NCBI GenBank assembly: GCA_963705375.1
Contig: OY970071.1
Coordinates: 600,001-632,000, forward strand
Origin: Candidatus Saccharimonadota bacterium
Lineage (GTDB): Archaea > Micrarchaeota > Micrarchaeia > Micrarchaeales > Micrarchaeaceae
DNA length: 32,000 nucleotides
Direction: 5' to 3'
Shown: positions 1 through 9,196 of the stretch, piece by piece
Layout of the letters: each line of letters opens with the position of its first letter
Position numbering within the stretch: position 1 is the stretch's first letter
Program-made: the position numbers and the translations under genes
The notes under the pieces: model-generated
The model's input: the letters and a program-made list of their open reading frames with translations, nothing else
Told to the model about the DNA's origin: nothing
Databases searched by the model: none

Positions 1-3000
1 TGACCGTGTGCAGTATAGGCAGGTAGCTTATGCTCTTGAGCATGGCTGTGAAGTTGAATGCGGAAGTGGTGCCTATTCTTGCCGGATTGTTGGGCATTAG
101 CAAGTACGTGATGCCGTTTATTATCAGCGATGCAGAGCTAGACCCTATCGAACTCGCAGTAATTTCAAAAGATGTGCCGTTGAGCGAAACAGTCTTGGAA
201 TTCGGCACGGACATGTTCGATATCTCATAGCATGATGACGTTATCTTGGTAACAACAGGGCCTATGGGTCCGCCTGCGCCACTGCCGCCACTTGAACTCC
301 AGCCCGTGCTGCTGCCTCCTGATGAGGGCTGCACAGAGAATAGGCCAACAATAGGGTCACCGTTGAAGCTGAAAGAGACACTGCACGGAGCTGTGGTCGA
401 AACACTTGTCGGAGTTATCGCAGACCATGTCGCACCGCCATCCTTTGATATGAACGGTGTCGGTGCAGAGGTTACGCTGCACGAGTAATAAAGCACCGCA
501 TTCACGGTTATGTCGTTTGATGATGCAGGATTCACATACATAACCTCCACTGCAGAATGGCCAGGGTTGGAAGGGCTGCTCGATGTGATGTTCTGCACCA
601 CCACGTTGACGCTTTCAACTGCGGTGTTTGTGGTAGTGAATGTGAAGGATTGACCCAATATGTTTGTGGTTACCGGAACGTTGTTTGTTACATTCACGCC
701 TAATGAATTAGCAGGAGCGCCATTGAGGAGTATTGTGGTTTGTGATGTTTGCGGCACAAACACAACAATCTGAGCAGCTGTGACCTGGTTTGCGGAGACC
801 GCTGTTGTGGCCGAGTCTTTGACACCTATGCAGTAGTATGTGCTGATTGTTGGAGAGACAACGAACGTCGTTGACTGTCCAGAGACTCCCGATGCCGTAT
901 TTGCCACAGTAGTGTCAGATGAACATGTTGAGGATGAACCTGAGAACAGCGTTACTGCGAAGTTCGGTGCGCCGCCTGTCCAATTTGCGGTTATCGTATT
1001 GGACTGGCCATTGGCTATTGTTGCGCCAGTTGTTGTCAATGATGAGAGTGTGTTGTACATTGTCCACGATGTTGACGGTATTGAATTGAATGATGTGGAA
1101 ACTGAATCACTCATCACGAAGTTTCCGGTCTCTGTGCCTATCTCGTTAGAGGCAGTTGTCCATGTTGATGATAATGATGTGCCTGTCTGGTTAGGCATTG
1201 TAATTGTGTTTGTTATCGAACCTGTGTTCGTTATGATCGCGTTTCCTATGTAGCTCGGCGTCCCTCCTGTTATTGTTGCCGTGATGGTCTGAGTCTGGCC
1301 GACATCGACCTTCGCACTTGTCGGCGTTGGCTGTGATATCGATGGTGCGGCGTTGACCACAATCTGGACGGCAAAGAACTGGTTTGCTGACATAGCTGTG
1401 GTTGCGCTGTCCTTCATTCCGATGCAGTAGTATGTGCTACTGGTTGGAGAGGCGACGAATGTCGTTGAATGCCCCGAGATGCCTGATGCAGTATTAGCGA
1501 CAGTGGTGTCAGATGAACATGTCGAGGATGAACCTGAGAACAGCGTTACTGCGAAGTTCGGCGTGCCACCTGTCCAACTTACAGGTATTGTGTAGCTCTG
1601 GCCGTTGTCGATTGTTCCGCCGGACGTTGAGAGAGACGACATCAGCGAATTGACACCGAATGTGTTGGTCGTTGATGCAGAGCCACTTACGCCGTCTGTA
1701 ACTGTGAACTTGATCTGAGGCGCGCCTAGAGCGTTGTTCGTCTGAGGCACCCGGAATGTGAATGTCGCAGGCGAAGTCGTGATCATTAGTGAGTTCGCGA
1801 TCACGTTGCCATTGATCGTGTTGGTGATGTAGAAGTTCGCCGTGTATGGAGATGTGCCGCCTGTCCATGAACCCGTTATTGTCTCGTATTGCGACTGATC
1901 TGCGATGTTGTTCGATGACCAGGCGCTTGTGATTGATATTGCGGGGTTTACTACTATTTGAACTGCTGTGACCTGATTCGCAGTGTTGGCCACGGATGCG
2001 CTGTCATTTACGCCTATACAATAATATGTGCTGCTGGATGGGGAGACAACGAATGTCGTTGATTGGTCCGAGACGCCTGATGCAGTATTAGCGACAGTGG
2101 TGTCAGATGAACATGTCGAGGATGAACCTGAGAACAGTGTTACTGCGAAGTTCGGCGTGCCACCCGTCCAACTTACAGGTATAGTGTAGCTCTGGCCGTT
2201 GTCGATTGTTCCGCCGGACGTTGAGAGAGACGACATCAGCGAATTGACACCGAATGTGTTGGTCGTTGATGCAGAGCCACTTACGCCGTCTGTAACTGTG
2301 AACTTGATCTGAGGCGCGCCTAGAGCGTTGTTCGTCTGAGGTACCTGGAATGTGAATGTAGCCGGTGACGTCGCTGCTGAGACTACACCGGAAATTACGT
2401 TGCCATTGATCGTGTTGGTGATGTAGAAGTTCGCCGTGTATGGAGATGTGCCGCCTGTCCATGAACCCGTTATTGTCTCGTATTGCGACTGATCTGCGAT
2501 GTTGTTCGATGACCAGGCGCTTGTGATTGATATTGCGGGGTTTACTACTATTTGAACTGCTGTGACCTGATTCGCAGTGTTGGCCACGGATGCGCTGTCA
2601 TTTACGCCTATACAATAATATGTGCTGCTGGATGGGGAGACAACGAATGTCGTTGATTGGTCCGAGACGCCTGATGCAGTATTAGCGACAGTGGTGTCAG
2701 ATGAACATGTCGAGGATGAACCTGAGAACAGTGTTACTGCGAAGTTCGGCGTGCCACCCGTCCAACTTACAGGTATAGTGTAGCTCTGGCCGTTGTCGAT
2801 TGTTCCTCCGGACGTTGAGAGAGACGACATCAGCGAATTGACACCGAATGTGTTGGTCGTTGATGCAGAGCCACTTACGCCGTCTGTAACTGTGAACTTG
2901 ATCTGAGGCGCGCCTAGAGCGTTGTTCGTCTGAGGTACCTGGAATGTGAATGTAGCCGGTGACGTCGCTGCTGAGACTACACCGGAAATTACGTTGCCAT

Positions 3001-5287
3001 TGATCGTGTTGGTGATGTAGAAGTTCGCCGTGTATGGAGATGTGCCGCCTGTCCATGAACCCGTTATTGTCTCGTATTGCGACTGATCTGCGATGTTGTT
3101 CGATGACCAGGCGCTTGTGATTGATATTGCAGGATCGACTACATAAGCGCCTGAGTAGATAGAGTTGTATGTGTTCGGAGTGGCATCAGTTACTGTAACG
3201 CTCATTTTCTCTGGAGAGTTAGAGACGTCGACGCTTGTGAGCGGGAAGGTGAGTGTGTTAGTAGATAGCGCGTTTGTGAACATGTAATTTTTCACTATCG
3301 CATTCGAGATGGAGTTGACCACGAGCCAGTTGTAGGTGTAGGGACCGTTGCCGTTGCTCGCCGTTGCTGTGAAAGTCTCATACTGACCCACGTCCGCCGT
3401 GGGACTGCTCGGACCTGAGGTGATGGCGACCGATGGTGCTGTGATGAGTGGACCGTAGAAATCTAGAGGCATATTCCCATCGGGCTGGAAGACACGAATT
3501 CTCGCCCATTGAAGGAATAGACCTGGATTGCCTGCACCTATTGCACTCATCCCGATAGGGCTCGCAGTCCCCCCACTTCCAGAAGGATATTCGAAATATG
3601 CATTAGCGTTCGGAGCTTCGAGATCCTGCGCACTGGCAAATACATAGTTTGCAGGAAGGTAGAAGGTATATAGCGAGGGAGAACCTTGCGTGTATGTGGT
3701 AGGGGCATTGGCTTCAGATCCAACCCCATTTGCATAGAGGACAAAGGTGTTGCTGGCTGCTTGATCAGCGTAGTCGATTGCTGCTCCGTTTATGCCATTT
3801 GATCCGATATAACCAAAGGCCTCAAGATGACCAGTTGTCGCAGTTGGGACAGTTACCTCCATCTCCAGAAGCTGCGTCCAGTCTAAGCCGAAGTTTGAAG
3901 TGGTTAGGATATTCCCACTTGTCATTATGACTCCGTTGTCTTGCGTCACTCCGCTTGCAACCCATCCGCTCGGCGTTGAAGTCCCTGCAAAGTTTTGGTA
4001 GAGCGTCGGGAACACTAGTGCGCCGTTGTCATACTGCGCATAGGCGCTTGAGAGCACAGGAGACTCTCCCCACGAGCCTATGCTGTTGAAGTTGTTTGTA
4101 GATGTAGAGTAGAATCCAAAGTATATGCTGTTGTCCACAAGCCAACCACTCTCTGGAATCGTGCACCAGATGCCGAGAATGTTCGAGGTGTATAGGTTGG
4201 AGGTCTGTTGTTCGTTGAGCACGTTGCCAGCAAGCCAGCAGTCATATGGAGAGCCAGATACGCCGTCGAATACAACGAAGTTCTGCATGTTGCTTGCTTC
4301 ACGGCTTTGATATGCACCTGCATCGAAGTGAAACTGGGCTTGCGTGTTTGCATCCATTGCTGTGGTGCTAGTGGATGACAAGTATGCTGGCATATAATAA
4401 AGGACGCCTTTTGGAATGATGACGTTGGGTGTGTTTGAAAACAAGGATATTACATAGACTGCTCCGACGTTCCCATCTCCTACATAGAGGGTGTTGGTGG
4501 TGGAATTGATGTAGAGAGCTCCTAAGGTATATGAGCCAGTAGTTATCACAGTCCCTATGGAATTGTCGATGGTGTTGATGGAGTAGATGGTGCCTGTGCC
4601 CCACGCGCCTGTGTAGAGGATGTTGGTGGCGGGATCGAAAGAGAGGGAGCCTATGGCCGGTGCAACAGTAGCTATCGCAGTGCCTACGGAATTGTCGATG
4701 GTGTTTATTGGGTAGATGTTGCCTGAGCCCAAATCTCCTGCGTAGAGGATGTTGGTGGCGGGATCGAAAGAGAGAGCAAATATTGCTCCTGCTCCAGTAG
4801 TTATTGTAGGTCCTATAGAATTGTCTATGGTGTTTATGGTGTTGACAGTACCTGACAAATCACCTACGTAGAGGGTGTTGGTGGCGGGATTGACGTAGAG
4901 AGCCAATGTCATTCCAGCCCCAGTGGTTATCGTGGTGCCTATGGAATTGTCTATTGTGTTGATTGGGTAGACGTCACCTGAATAAAAATCTCCTGCGTAA
5001 AGGGTGTTGGTGGCAGAATCGAAGGCGAGAGCACCTATGCTCGATGCACTAGTCGCTATTGTGGCGCCTATGGAATTGTCGATGAGGTTAATGGGATAGA
5101 TGTTGCCCGAGCTCCAATCACCTACGTAGAGGGTGTTGGTGGTTCTGTCGAAGGCGAGGGAGCGAATATTAGATGAGCCAGTGACAAATACATTTGTTGG
5201 AATTGGAGCACTGCACACCAGATGCAAGAAGCTGGACAGCAGCATAAGCATAAGCAGCAGAGACGCCTTTCCGATCTTTGTTGTCAT
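1..5287 (-). CDS. Very large secreted surface/adhesin-like protein, 3'-partial (at least 1762 codons, continues past left edge)
   Basis: Hand translation of the minus strand from ATG 5287-5285 stays open down to position 2. It is not in the ORF track because there is no stop in the window. The N-terminus MTTKIGKASLLLMLMLLSSFLHLVCSA looks like a signal peptide. About six ~42-aa repeats follow (FDxxTNTLYxGDxxSGxxYxINxIDNSxG), resembling YVTN-type beta-propeller repeats. Next comes a ~300-aa central domain I cannot assign, then repeated ~95-100-aa Ig/PKD-like modules (GGTSPYT and SWTGGTPNF motifs). Confidence 0.85.
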   Translation of the reverse strand, partial: MTTKIGKASLLLMLMLLSSFLHLVCSAPIPTNVFVTGSSNIRSLAFDRTTNTLYVGDWSSGNIYPINLIDNSIGATIATSASSIGALAFDSATNTLYAGDFYSGDVYPINTIDNSIGTTITTGAGMTLALYVNPATNTLYVGDLSGTVNTINTIDNSIGPTITTGAGAIFALSFDPATNILYAGDLGSGNIYPINTIDNSVGTAIATVAPAIGSLSFDPATNILYTGAWGTGTIYSINTIDNSIGTVITTGSYTLGALYINSTTNTLYVGDGNVGAVYVISLFSNTPNVIIPKGVLYYMPAYLSSTSTTAMDANTQAQFHFDAGAYQSREASNMQNFVVFDGVSGSPYDCWLAGNVLNEQQTSNLYTSNILGIWCTIPESGWLVDNSIYFGFYSTSTNNFNSIGSWGESPVLSSAYAQYDNGALVFPTLYQNFAGTSTPSGWVASGVTQDNGVIMTSGNILTTSNFGLDWTQLLEMEVTVPTATTGHLEAFGYIGSNGINGAAIDYADQAASNTFVLYANGVGSEANAPTTYTQGSPSLYTFYLPANYVFASAQDLEAPNANAYFEYPSGSGGTASPIGMSAIGAGNPGLFLQWARIRVFQPDGNMPLDFYGPLITAPSVAITSGPSSPTADVGQYETFTATASNGNGPYTYNWLVVNSISNAIVKNYMFTNALSTNTLTFPLTSVDVSNSPEKMSVTVTDATPNTYNSIYSGAYVVDPAISITSAWSSNNIADQSQYETITGSWTGGTSPYTANFYITNTINGNVISGVVSAATSPATFTFQVPQTNNALGAPQIKFTVTDGVSGSASTTNTFGVNSLMSSLSTSGGTIDNGQSYTIPVSWTGGTPNFAVTLFSGSSSTCSSDTTVANTASGVSDQSTTFVVSPSSSTYYCIGVNDSASVANTANQVTAVQIVVNPAISITSAWSSNNIADQSQYETITGSWTGGTSPYTANFYITNTINGNVISGVVSAATSPATFTFQVPQTNNALGAPQIKFTVTDGVSGSASTTNTFGVNSLMSSLSTSGGTIDNGQSYTIPVSWTGGTPNFAVTLFSGSSSTCSSDTTVANTASGVSDQSTTFVVSPSSSTYYCIGVNDSASVANTANQVTAVQIVVNPAISITSAWSSNNIADQSQYETITGSWTGGTSPYTANFYITNTINGNVIANSLMITTSPATFTFRVPQTNNALGAPQIKFTVTDGVSGSASTTNTFGVNSLMSSLSTSGGTIDNGQSYTIPVSWTGGTPNFAVTLFSGSSSTCSSDTTVANTASGISGHSTTFVASPTSSTYYCIGMKDSATTAMSANQFFAVQIVVNAAPSISQPTPTSAKVDVGQTQTITATITGGTPSYIGNAIITNTGSITNTITMPNQTGTSLSSTWTTASNEIGTETGNFVMSDSVSTSFNSIPSTSWTMYNTLSSLTTTGATIANGQSNTITANWTGGAPNFAVTLFSGSSSTCSSDTTVANTASGVSGQSTTFVVSPTISTYYCIGVKDSATTAVSANQVTAAQIVVFVPQTSQTTILLNGAPANSLGVNVTNNVPVTTNILGQSFTFTTTNTAVESVNVVVQNITSSSPSNPGHSAVEVMYVNPASSNDITVNAVLYYSCSVTSAPTPFISKDGGATWSAITPTSVSTTAPCSVSFSFNGDPIVGLFSVQPSSGGSSTGWSSSGGSGAGGPIGPVVTKITSSCYEISNMSVPNSKTVSLNGTSFEITASSIGSSSASLIINGITYLLMPNNPARIGTTSAFNFTAMLKSISYLPILHTV
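1348..3130 (-). repeat. Three tandem copies of a 594-bp (198-codon) unit inside the surface-protein gene
   Basis: ORF-track shadows at 1509-1868, 2103-2462 and 2697-3056 are spaced exactly 594 nt apart. Units 1942-2535 and 2536-3129 are essentially identical; I saw one mismatch, ccgccgg at ~2206 versus cctccgg at ~2800. Unit 1348-1941 diverges at its left ~130 nt and around 1741-1800. A weaker fourth copy lies at ~754-1347. Confidence 0.9.
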
Positions 5288-5590
5288 ATCACGCGCTTTT
5301 TACCAGAACCGTAAATCCAGCCTTTCCACGTCTTGCATTTTCAGCTTGGGAAAACCGATACTCAGACCTTACCTGTGCAGACCAGTATTTTGCTAAACTG
5401 AGTATGCTTAAATAGATTGTGTTTCTGATGTACAGTCTGTTTTGAGGAGCCGTTTTGGAGTTTTTGTGCAGTGCTGTGCTGGATGTGAATCGAGACGGAA
5501 TCCTACACATTGAAGAGCTCAGGCACACTAAAGGCGCTGTTGAAATAACTGCGACTCTGTTTGTAAAGGGAAAGTAAGCTTGAAGCTTGC

Positions 5591-6190
5591 TCACCGGCGC
5601 ATCAGGTCGCGAAGCAGCGCGTCTTCAGGAAATATAATGTAGGCACCATTGCCAACAGAGCATTTTCGTGAATCGTCAAGATAGATGTCATACCTTTCTT
5701 TGAGCGGGTACATTCCTTTTGTGATTGCGACAACGCCCCACTCGGATTCGCGCGGAAGCGGATCCGGGAGGTGCACGTATGCAAGATTCTTGAACTCTCG
5801 CCCGACATCTCTTTCATACATTATAGGACTAAGCGTCGTGTGCAGATTCTCGTCCTCGTTTATCAAATATGGACCATGTGTCGCGACCAACGGCCGTTCG
5901 AGCAAAGGACAGGAGTGCAGAACAACTCCAATGTGCTCTGCCACCCATCTTGTGGAAGTCATCAAAACACGGTGTTGCATGATTTCGTCAAGGCTTTCCC
6001 TGTTGCGCAGAACATCGGATAGAGTGGCGAGCCACGATCCGCCATTGTTTGGAGACGATTCGAGAAGCTGCACCTGCGTGTGCGCATCAGAAGTGACTAG
6101 AATCTGGTTGTTTTGAATTTTTGCATACATAAAATCATTGCCAACGGCTTGAGTGCTCCAGATATATATACCTGCTTTCTTTGGATTCAT
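5591..6190 (-). CDS. Hypothetical protein, 199 aa
   Basis: Complete ORF, divergent from psmA. No motif recognised. Confidence 0.5.
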   Translation of the reverse strand: MNPKKAGIYIWSTQAVGNDFMYAKIQNNQILVTSDAHTQVQLLESSPNNGGSWLATLSDVLRNRESLDEIMQHRVLMTSTRWVAEHIGVVLHSCPLLERPLVATHGPYLINEDENLHTTLSPIMYERDVGREFKNLAYVHLPDPLPRESEWGVVAITKGMYPLKERYDIYLDDSRKCSVGNGAYIIFPEDALLRDLMRR

Positions 6191-6421
6191 GCCCGTTTTG
6201 AATACAGGGCACTAATCCACTCTATTCAGTTTATAGCTCAAACGCAGTTCGTTTGTGAAAAGTTGCAGAATTGCTCACATGCACAGTTCCAGATTCTACC
6301 ATAAAAATGGCAAATCTGGCTGGCCAGTGTCTCTCGTGAAGGAATATTAGAAAGAGTTATAAATGTTATATCAGAAAATGATGCACTAATGCTTTGCATT
6401 TAATCATTGGATGGTGAACTG

Positions 6422-7120
6422 ATGTATCCTAACATACAAGCGTATGACCGCGGGGTCATGTTCAGTCCTGACGGAAGGCTCTTCCAGGTGGACTATGCAA
6501 GAGAGAACGTGAGGAAGGGCGCAACAGCCATGGGCATAGTCGTGGACAACGGCGTGGTGCTCGTAGCGCACAAGAACATTGTAGAACCTCTCGCAGTCCC
6601 TAGCACAGTGCAAAAAATATTCCGTGTTGACTCGTTCATAGGCGTTGCGTACAGTGGCATGATATCAGACGGCATGCACCTCATAGCGCAGCTCAGGAAC
6701 AAAGCTCAGTCGCACAGAATGGTTTACAACGAGACAGAATCAGTTGAGATGCTCACGAAGGAGATATCAGAGGAAATGCAGGTCGCAACTCAGTACGGAG
6801 GCATAAGACCTTATGCAATATCTCTGCTTGTTGCAGGCATAGACAACAGCCCTAAGCTGTTCGAGATAGATCCGAGCGCAGCGTATCTCGGCTACAAAGC
6901 GGAAGCAATAGGCGCGGGCAAGAAGACAGCCGAAGAGATACTTGTAAAGAATTACAAAGACAACATGTCTGTTGATGATGCGATAAATCTTGGCATCAGC
7001 ATAATCAAGAAGGTACAGGAGACAGGCAAGCTGGATGAGAACAACATAGACATATCCACGATAACTAAGACTGCGGGATTTGCCACATTCACTCCTGACC
7101 AGATATCAAAGTACATCTAA
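6422..7120 (+). CDS. psmA: Proteasome subunit alpha
   Basis: MYPNIQAYDRGVMFSPDGRLFQVDYA matches the alpha-subunit N-terminal signature (YDR..FSPDGRLFQVEYA). ATG 6422 is preceded by GTGA (6414-6417) plus 4 nt. The ORF-track TTG at 6407 is probably too early. Confidence 0.93.
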   Translation: MYPNIQAYDRGVMFSPDGRLFQVDYARENVRKGATAMGIVVDNGVVLVAHKNIVEPLAVPSTVQKIFRVDSFIGVAYSGMISDGMHLIAQLRNKAQSHRMVYNETESVEMLTKEISEEMQVATQYGGIRPYAISLLVAGIDNSPKLFEIDPSAAYLGYKAEAIGAGKKTAEEILVKNYKDNMSVDDAINLGISIIKKVQETGKLDENNIDISTITKTAGFATFTPDQISKYI

Positions 7121-7141
7121 CCTCCCTTCGTTCTTTGTGGT

Positions 7142-7831
7142 ATGATGCAACAGAAAATAGTAACAGTCAAGCTTCGTAAAGGCGGTGAAGAGTTCGAGCT
7201 CCTTGTTGATGCAGGCATGGCATACGAGTACGTGACAGGCAAGCGCAGCGATCCTCTAAGCGTGCTGCAGACAGAAGAAGTGTTCAAGGATGCACGAAAG
7301 AACGAAAGGCAGAACATCGAGAAGATAAAGAAGGTGTTCGGAACAACTGACATAGTGAAGATAGCAGAAGTCATACTAAAGGAGGGGGATGTCCCGATGA
7401 CAGCTGAGCAGCGCAGCCAGCAGACAGAGGAGAAGCGCAAGCAGATAGTAGACATAATATCGAAGAATTCGATAGATCCAAGGACGAATGCACCAAATCC
7501 GCCAATGCGTATCGAAAACGCGATGAAAGAAGCGAAGGTGAACATAGATCCGTTCAAGAATTCCGGCGAGCAGGTAGAAGATATCGTCAAGAAGATAAGC
7601 ATCATAATGCCGATAAAGTTTGCAACAGTAAGGATGACCGTGACAGTGCCTCCGGCATTCGCAAACCGCGCCTTCGGTACGCTAAAGAAGTTCGGCATGA
7701 AGTCGGAACGCTGGCTTCCAGATGGCAGCCTGCAAGCGTCGCTCGAATTCCCTGCGGGAATGCAGAGTGACTTCTTGGAGCGCATAAACAACGCAACACA
7801 AGGGCAAGCAGACGTGAAGATAGAAAAGTGA
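7142..7831 (+). CDS. SBDS-family ribosome maturation protein (Sdo1)
   Basis: The N-terminal [14 protein letters not shown]...VFKDARKNE pattern and the position between psmA and rrp4 are typical of the archaeal superoperon. Confidence 0.85.
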   Translation: MMQQKIVTVKLRKGGEEFELLVDAGMAYEYVTGKRSDPLSVLQTEEVFKDARKNERQNIEKIKKVFGTTDIVKIAEVILKEGDVPMTAEQRSQQTEEKRKQIVDIISKNSIDPRTNAPNPPMRIENAMKEAKVNIDPFKNSGEQVEDIVKKISIIMPIKFATVRMTVTVPPAFANRAFGTLKKFGMKSERWLPDGSLQASLEFPAGMQSDFLERINNATQGQADVKIEK

Positions 7832-7838
7832 TTGTACG
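7828..7838 (+). promoter_or_regulatory. SD-like GTGAT + TGT spacer + ACG (putative rrp4 initiation site), overlapping the SBDS stop TGA 7829-7831
   Basis: The 12-mer AGTGATTGTACG at 7827-7838 is identical to 9977-9988. The same geometry with ATG or GTG occurs at several other starts in the window. Confidence 0.5.
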
Positions 7839-8459
7839 AAAAGACTCATAGTACCTGGAGAACTTATAACATCGAAACCGATAAGGCTGGACAATTCATT
7901 CGTCAAGGATGGTTCCACCTATTCGAAGACGTTAGGAATCTACGATGACCGCGAAATAGTGCCATTAGAGGGCACATGGAAAGCCAGTGTTGGAGATTCT
8001 ATCGTAGGCATAGTCAGCGAGGCAAGGACGAATGTCTGTTTTATTGATTTGTCGTCATTTGTGCGCGGGCTTGTGGTGCTGCGCAAGTACGAAACCGGAC
8101 CAGAAAAGGGCAGCGTCGTAAGCGCCATAGTGAAAGACGTTGAGAACAAAAAGACCGCGATACTGGAAGGGACACGAGAGCTGCACGGCGGCGTGTTGAT
8201 AAAGGTAAAGCCTGCAAAGATACCAAGGATCATAGGAAAGAGCAACACGATGATCAACCAGATATCAAGCTTGACGGCTTCGCACATCGTCGTGGGCATG
8301 AACGGGCTCATATGGATCAATGGCGGGAACAGCAAACTTGCGATCGCTGCGATTGAGCGCATAGGCGAGGAAGCCCATGTACCAGGCCTAACGATGCGCA
8401 TCAAGGAGATGCTCGAGAAAGAGAAAGATAATATTGATATTGAAAAGGGAATTATATGA
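7836..8459 (+). CDS. rrp4: Exosome complex RNA-binding protein Rrp4 (N-terminal + S1 + KH domains), apparent non-canonical ACG start
   Basis: The ORF track starts at GTG 7959. The same frame is open from 7824 and encodes TKRLIVPGELITSKPIRLDNSFVKDGSTYSKTLGIYDDREIVPLEG. As I recall it, this matches the conserved Rrp4 N-terminal domain (A. fulgidus MRKIVLPGDLL...VIPLKG). There is no ATG, GTG or TTG in frame between 7824 and 7958. GTGAT at 7828-7832 plus TGT places ACG 7836 at the start position. Confidence 0.75.
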   Translation, partial: TKRLIVPGELITSKPIRLDNSFVKDGSTYSKTLGIYDDREIVPLEGTWKASVGDSIVGIVSEARTNVCFIDLSSFVRGLVVLRKYETGPEKGSVVSAIVKDVENKKTAILEGTRELHGGVLIKVKPAKIPRIIGKSNTMINQISSLTASHIVVGMNGLIWINGGNSKLAIAAIERIGEEAHVPGLTMRIKEMLEKEKDNIDIEKGII

Positions 8460-9196
8460 AAAGCAACAAACCGGTCCTGATAGTGAACAACAAAAGGCTG
8501 GACGGAAGGGATTTCGACGAACTTAGGCCAATAAACATAAAGGCAGGAGTCATCGAGAATGCTAGCGGATCCGCTTACGTGGAATGGGGCAACAACAAGA
8601 TACTGGCCGCGGTTTACGGGCCAAAGGAAGTCACTCCAAGGCACATGACAGACCCTTCGAAGGCGATAATAAAATGCAGATACACCATGGCACCGTTCTC
8701 GAGCCTTTCTGAGCACGGCAGAAGCGGGCCTTCGCGAAGATCGACGGAGATATCGAAGGTGGCAAAAGAGGTGTTCGAGAACGTCGTGTTCCTCAACGAG
8801 TTCCCGGGCAGCGAGATAGACATATTCATAGAGGTGCTTCAAGGAGACGGCGGCACGCGTGCCGCAGGCATAACAGCAGCATCTGTGGCGCTGGCCAGTG
8901 CAGGCATACCGATGAGGGACCTTGTGTATGCGGTGTCAGTGGGCAGAATAGACGACAAGCTCGCTCTGGACCTCAACATGATAGAGGACAACTACTCGGA
9001 TAGCGACATGCCGATAGCTGTCGCCCCAAGAGACAACGACATAGTGCTTCTGCAGATGGATGGAGGTCTCAGCAGGGAGCAGCTGTCAAGATGCATCTCG
9101 ATCGTGTTGAATGCAGGCAAGGACATATCCAAGAAGCAGGTCGAAGCGCTGAAGGAAAGCTATGAAAGTGTGTCAAAGAAATATGAGGTTAGATGA
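8456..9196 (+). CDS. rrp41: Exosome complex exonuclease Rrp41 (RNase PH-like)
   Basis: LDGRDFDELRPINIKAGVIENASGSAYVEWGNNKILAAVYGPKE is RNase PH-domain sequence. The ATGA overlap with rrp4 fits operon coupling. Confidence 0.92.
   Translation: MKSNKPVLIVNNKRLDGRDFDELRPINIKAGVIENASGSAYVEWGNNKILAAVYGPKEVTPRHMTDPSKAIIKCRYTMAPFSSLSEHGRSGPSRRSTEISKVAKEVFENVVFLNEFPGSEIDIFIEVLQGDGGTRAAGITAASVALASAGIPMRDLVYAVSVGRIDDKLALDLNMIEDNYSDSDMPIAVAPRDNDIVLLQMDGGLSREQLSRCISIVLNAGKDISKKQVEALKESYESVSKKYEVR

Noticed and set aside
1348-3130. Regularly spaced repeats considered as a possible CRISPR array.
   Set aside because: The repeat unit is 594 bp and in frame, with no short repeat/spacer alternation. It is a protein-domain tandem repeat.
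30-5396. All ORF-track entries in this span, including the thrice-repeated 119-aa ORFs at 1509-1868, 2103-2462 and 2697-3056 and the plus-strand ORFs at 30-230, 246-488, 840-1253, 3730-3930 and 4125-4310.
   Set aside because: They are off-frame or antisense shadows of the single long minus-strand ORF (1-5287). Their translations are low-complexity and R/H/Q-rich, and they repeat only because the underlying DNA repeats.
5352-5406. 8-bp inverted repeat ATACTCAG ... CTGAGTAT upstream of the surface-protein gene.
   Set aside because: It is short with a ~34-nt spacer. It could be a regulator site or a 5'-UTR structure, but nothing further supports it from sequence alone.
7828-7850. Programmed -1 frameshift or SBDS-Rrp4 and Rrp42-L37Ae fusion as the explanation for the missing starts.
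   Set aside because: Not fully excluded for rrp4, where GTG 7828 plus the A-run gives MIVRKRLIVPGE. The L37Ae site has no slippery sequence. Fusion by +1 shifting at AAG-TGA or GAG-TGA lacks re-pairing potential. An in-frame TAG lies just upstream in both target frames. ACG initiation explains both sites with one mechanism.
7117-8842. Long minus-strand ORFs 7117-7791 (224 aa) and 7940-8842 (300 aa).
   Set aside because: They are antisense to the clearly homologous SBDS, rrp4 and rrp41 genes. Their S/F/I-rich composition is typical of shadow ORFs.
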